Notes under the pieces: generated by a model
What the model saw: the letters and a program-made list of their open reading frames with translations, nothing else
Told to the model about the DNA's origin: nothing
Database searches by the model: none
Shown: positions 61,600-64,000 of the stretch, in pieces
Position numbering within the stretch: the stretch's first letter is position 1
Layout: the number at the start of each line of letters is the position of its first letter
Translations under genes and position numbers: made by a program
From: the human T2T-CHM13v2.0 reference genome, Homo sapiens
Assembly (NCBI RefSeq): GCF_009914755.1
Contig: NC_060934.1
Length of the DNA stretch: 64,000 bases
Reading direction: 5' to 3' (one strand)

Positions 61600-62205
61600 T
61601 ATCTTTTTCTTCTTAAAGCCTTGCAAGGATGTCTAGATAGATTGAAATTCAAAGTCCTCACAAGACCCCTAAAGTCATACATGAACCAGACCCCCTCTGA
61701 TCCCTCATCTTTGAATTATTTTCCCTTGGTTATTCCATCTTAACCACTCTGGCACACTTACCTCTCCTTGGATAGCACAGTTATTACCTCAGACATGGCC
61801 TAGACTTTTGCTGCTCACCTCAACCACCTCATGCTGGGAGTGCTCTCAGCCAGAAATGCACATGGCCAACTCTCTCACCTTCTCTGAGTCTTCACTCCTA
61901 ACTCACCTTCTCAAGGAGGCTCTCCCAGATGGCTTTATTTAATTTGCAGTTCCCCTTCCCCACTGCCCCATGTTGCTGATTTCCATACTCTCTTATACTT
62001 AATTATTATCTTTTTTCAACAGTGCTCATTTTCTTCTAATATTTTATATAATTAACTTATTAATAATGCTTACAGTTTATTGCTTCTCTTCCCCTGGCAA
62101 TCATAAATTCTACAAAGCAGTGGTGGTTTGTCCAATGAGGTATTTCAAATGCCTCAGACAATATCAGTTTCTAGTAGATGCTCAGTAGTATGCATTGAAT
62201 AAAAT
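61600..62205 (+). mobile_element. L2 3' region
   Basis: caaagtcctcac..., tcaccttctcaaggaggc, tagtagatgctcagtagt...ttgaataaa. Confidence 0.7.
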
Positions 62206-62799
62206 AATGCATTATTCCTCACAATCTTCATAAGACAAGTAACTATCATCTTTTCCTAATGGACATGAAAATTGCATGACAGAAACATTCCATAACTAGA
62301 TTTGTTGCCCAGCTTACCTGTAGTAGACCCAGGACTTCAAGACAGGCAGGCGCTTAACTTCTACACTTGATAAACCTATATGGCCTGCCTTTGTTCATGC
62401 TTTGCCATGTTTGTCTGGTTCTCTGGTTCTTTCACTAGATTTTAGTTTCTTGAAGGCAAGTTAGCTCTATAGAACCTACCTCAGTGACCTACCAGGTACC
62501 GGGGAAGTAAATATTCAATGTTTGCTAAATTAAATAGCAAGTTACAATTGGGAAAATCTGACAAAGTAGAAAGACTTTGAAGCTAGTTAGACGTAAGTCA
62601 AAATCATACGTTTGATATTTGTTATATTCTGCTCAAAATATTACTTAACCTCCCTGAACCTCACCTTCCTCATCTACACCATGGGACTGATATTACCTCC
62701 AATGAAGATTATGCACATAAGATAGGAGTCACGTATTATGTTTATTTTCATGTCAAGTAATTAGAATATATTTTGTTCCATTTGCCCTGGGTTCTAAGT

Positions 62800-63336
<537 letters not shown>

Positions 63337-64000
63337 TTCTAAAGCATGACACCTGGAGTCATTAGCTAAAAGAAATTCTCATCTAAAACTACTGGATTTA
63401 AACATTTTAATATTGTTTATCATGTATTTATCCCTGGATACTGATTTCTTGTGTTGTAATTATAAACACTAATAATAGAAACGGGACAATTACAATTATC
63501 TTTCAAAGAGTTTTACATATTCAAAATGTGCATCCGGCCCAGCCTTACATGTCAGGTGCTGAGCAGCACTTTAAAGATGTTCACCAGTATGAGCAGAATG
63601 GTTCATATTGAGGCCTTTTAAAATAGCCTCATGAGGGCAAGTTCTTGTTTCTGTGTGCTGCTACCTCACGTGACTTGTCTATGTCCTGAATTTAAATCTT
63701 GTTTCCAGTACTCCTGTAATCCTCTCTACGTGACGTGGTATTGTTCATCCCAATATCTTGTTACTGACCTTTGCTTGACTCTTTCTCTAGTCATTGAGTC
63801 CTAGATATCCCAAGGCCTTTTTCACAAATAGCTACCCCCTGTCCAGCATATTTTGTCACTTAGCAAGCTTGACAGCACTAGTCCTGGGCTGTGAATTCCT
63901 TCTAGATCCTTATTTGTTTTAGGGTTAATTGAACTCCTTTGCCTTGTGTATAAGGCTCTGTGGGACTTGGCCCTAGTCATATTCTCAAAACTCCAAAATA

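Overview
Hominoid-primate (human-like) non-coding DNA, intronic or intergenic. No host protein-coding exon, RNA gene or CRISPR array can be supported. Every long ORF in the track comes from LINE-1, Alu, LTR or simple-repeat sequence. The window is a layered record of transposition: a nested pair of L1PA elements (1-6.8 kb), two young L1PA2-like 3' fragments, about 10 Alus, a truncated LTR12/ERV9 LTR, an MLT2 LTR inside an LTR16, a full THE1A element plus a solo THE1A LTR, MER58A, and many MIR/L2/L1M relics. The most notable structure is in the junctions. (i) A perfect 13-bp duplication GAGATGATATTTG brackets a 2.77-kb unit made of a 5'-inverted L1PB plus about 1.47 kb of non-L1PB DNA with a second poly(A), a probable ancient L1 3' transduction. 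(ii) Two Alu+L1 composites, each inside a single target-site duplication (TSD), face each other within one old L1M. (iii) An orphan LTR12 fragment is fused to an Alu and overlaps a segment missing from the LTR12 13.5 kb away. (iv) An approximately 80-bp locally templated insertion sits in an L1M. (v) About 0.8 kb of foreign DNA is captured inside an MLT2 LTR microsatellite. I see no evidence of a new gene system. Subfamily names come from remembered consensus sequences, not a database search.
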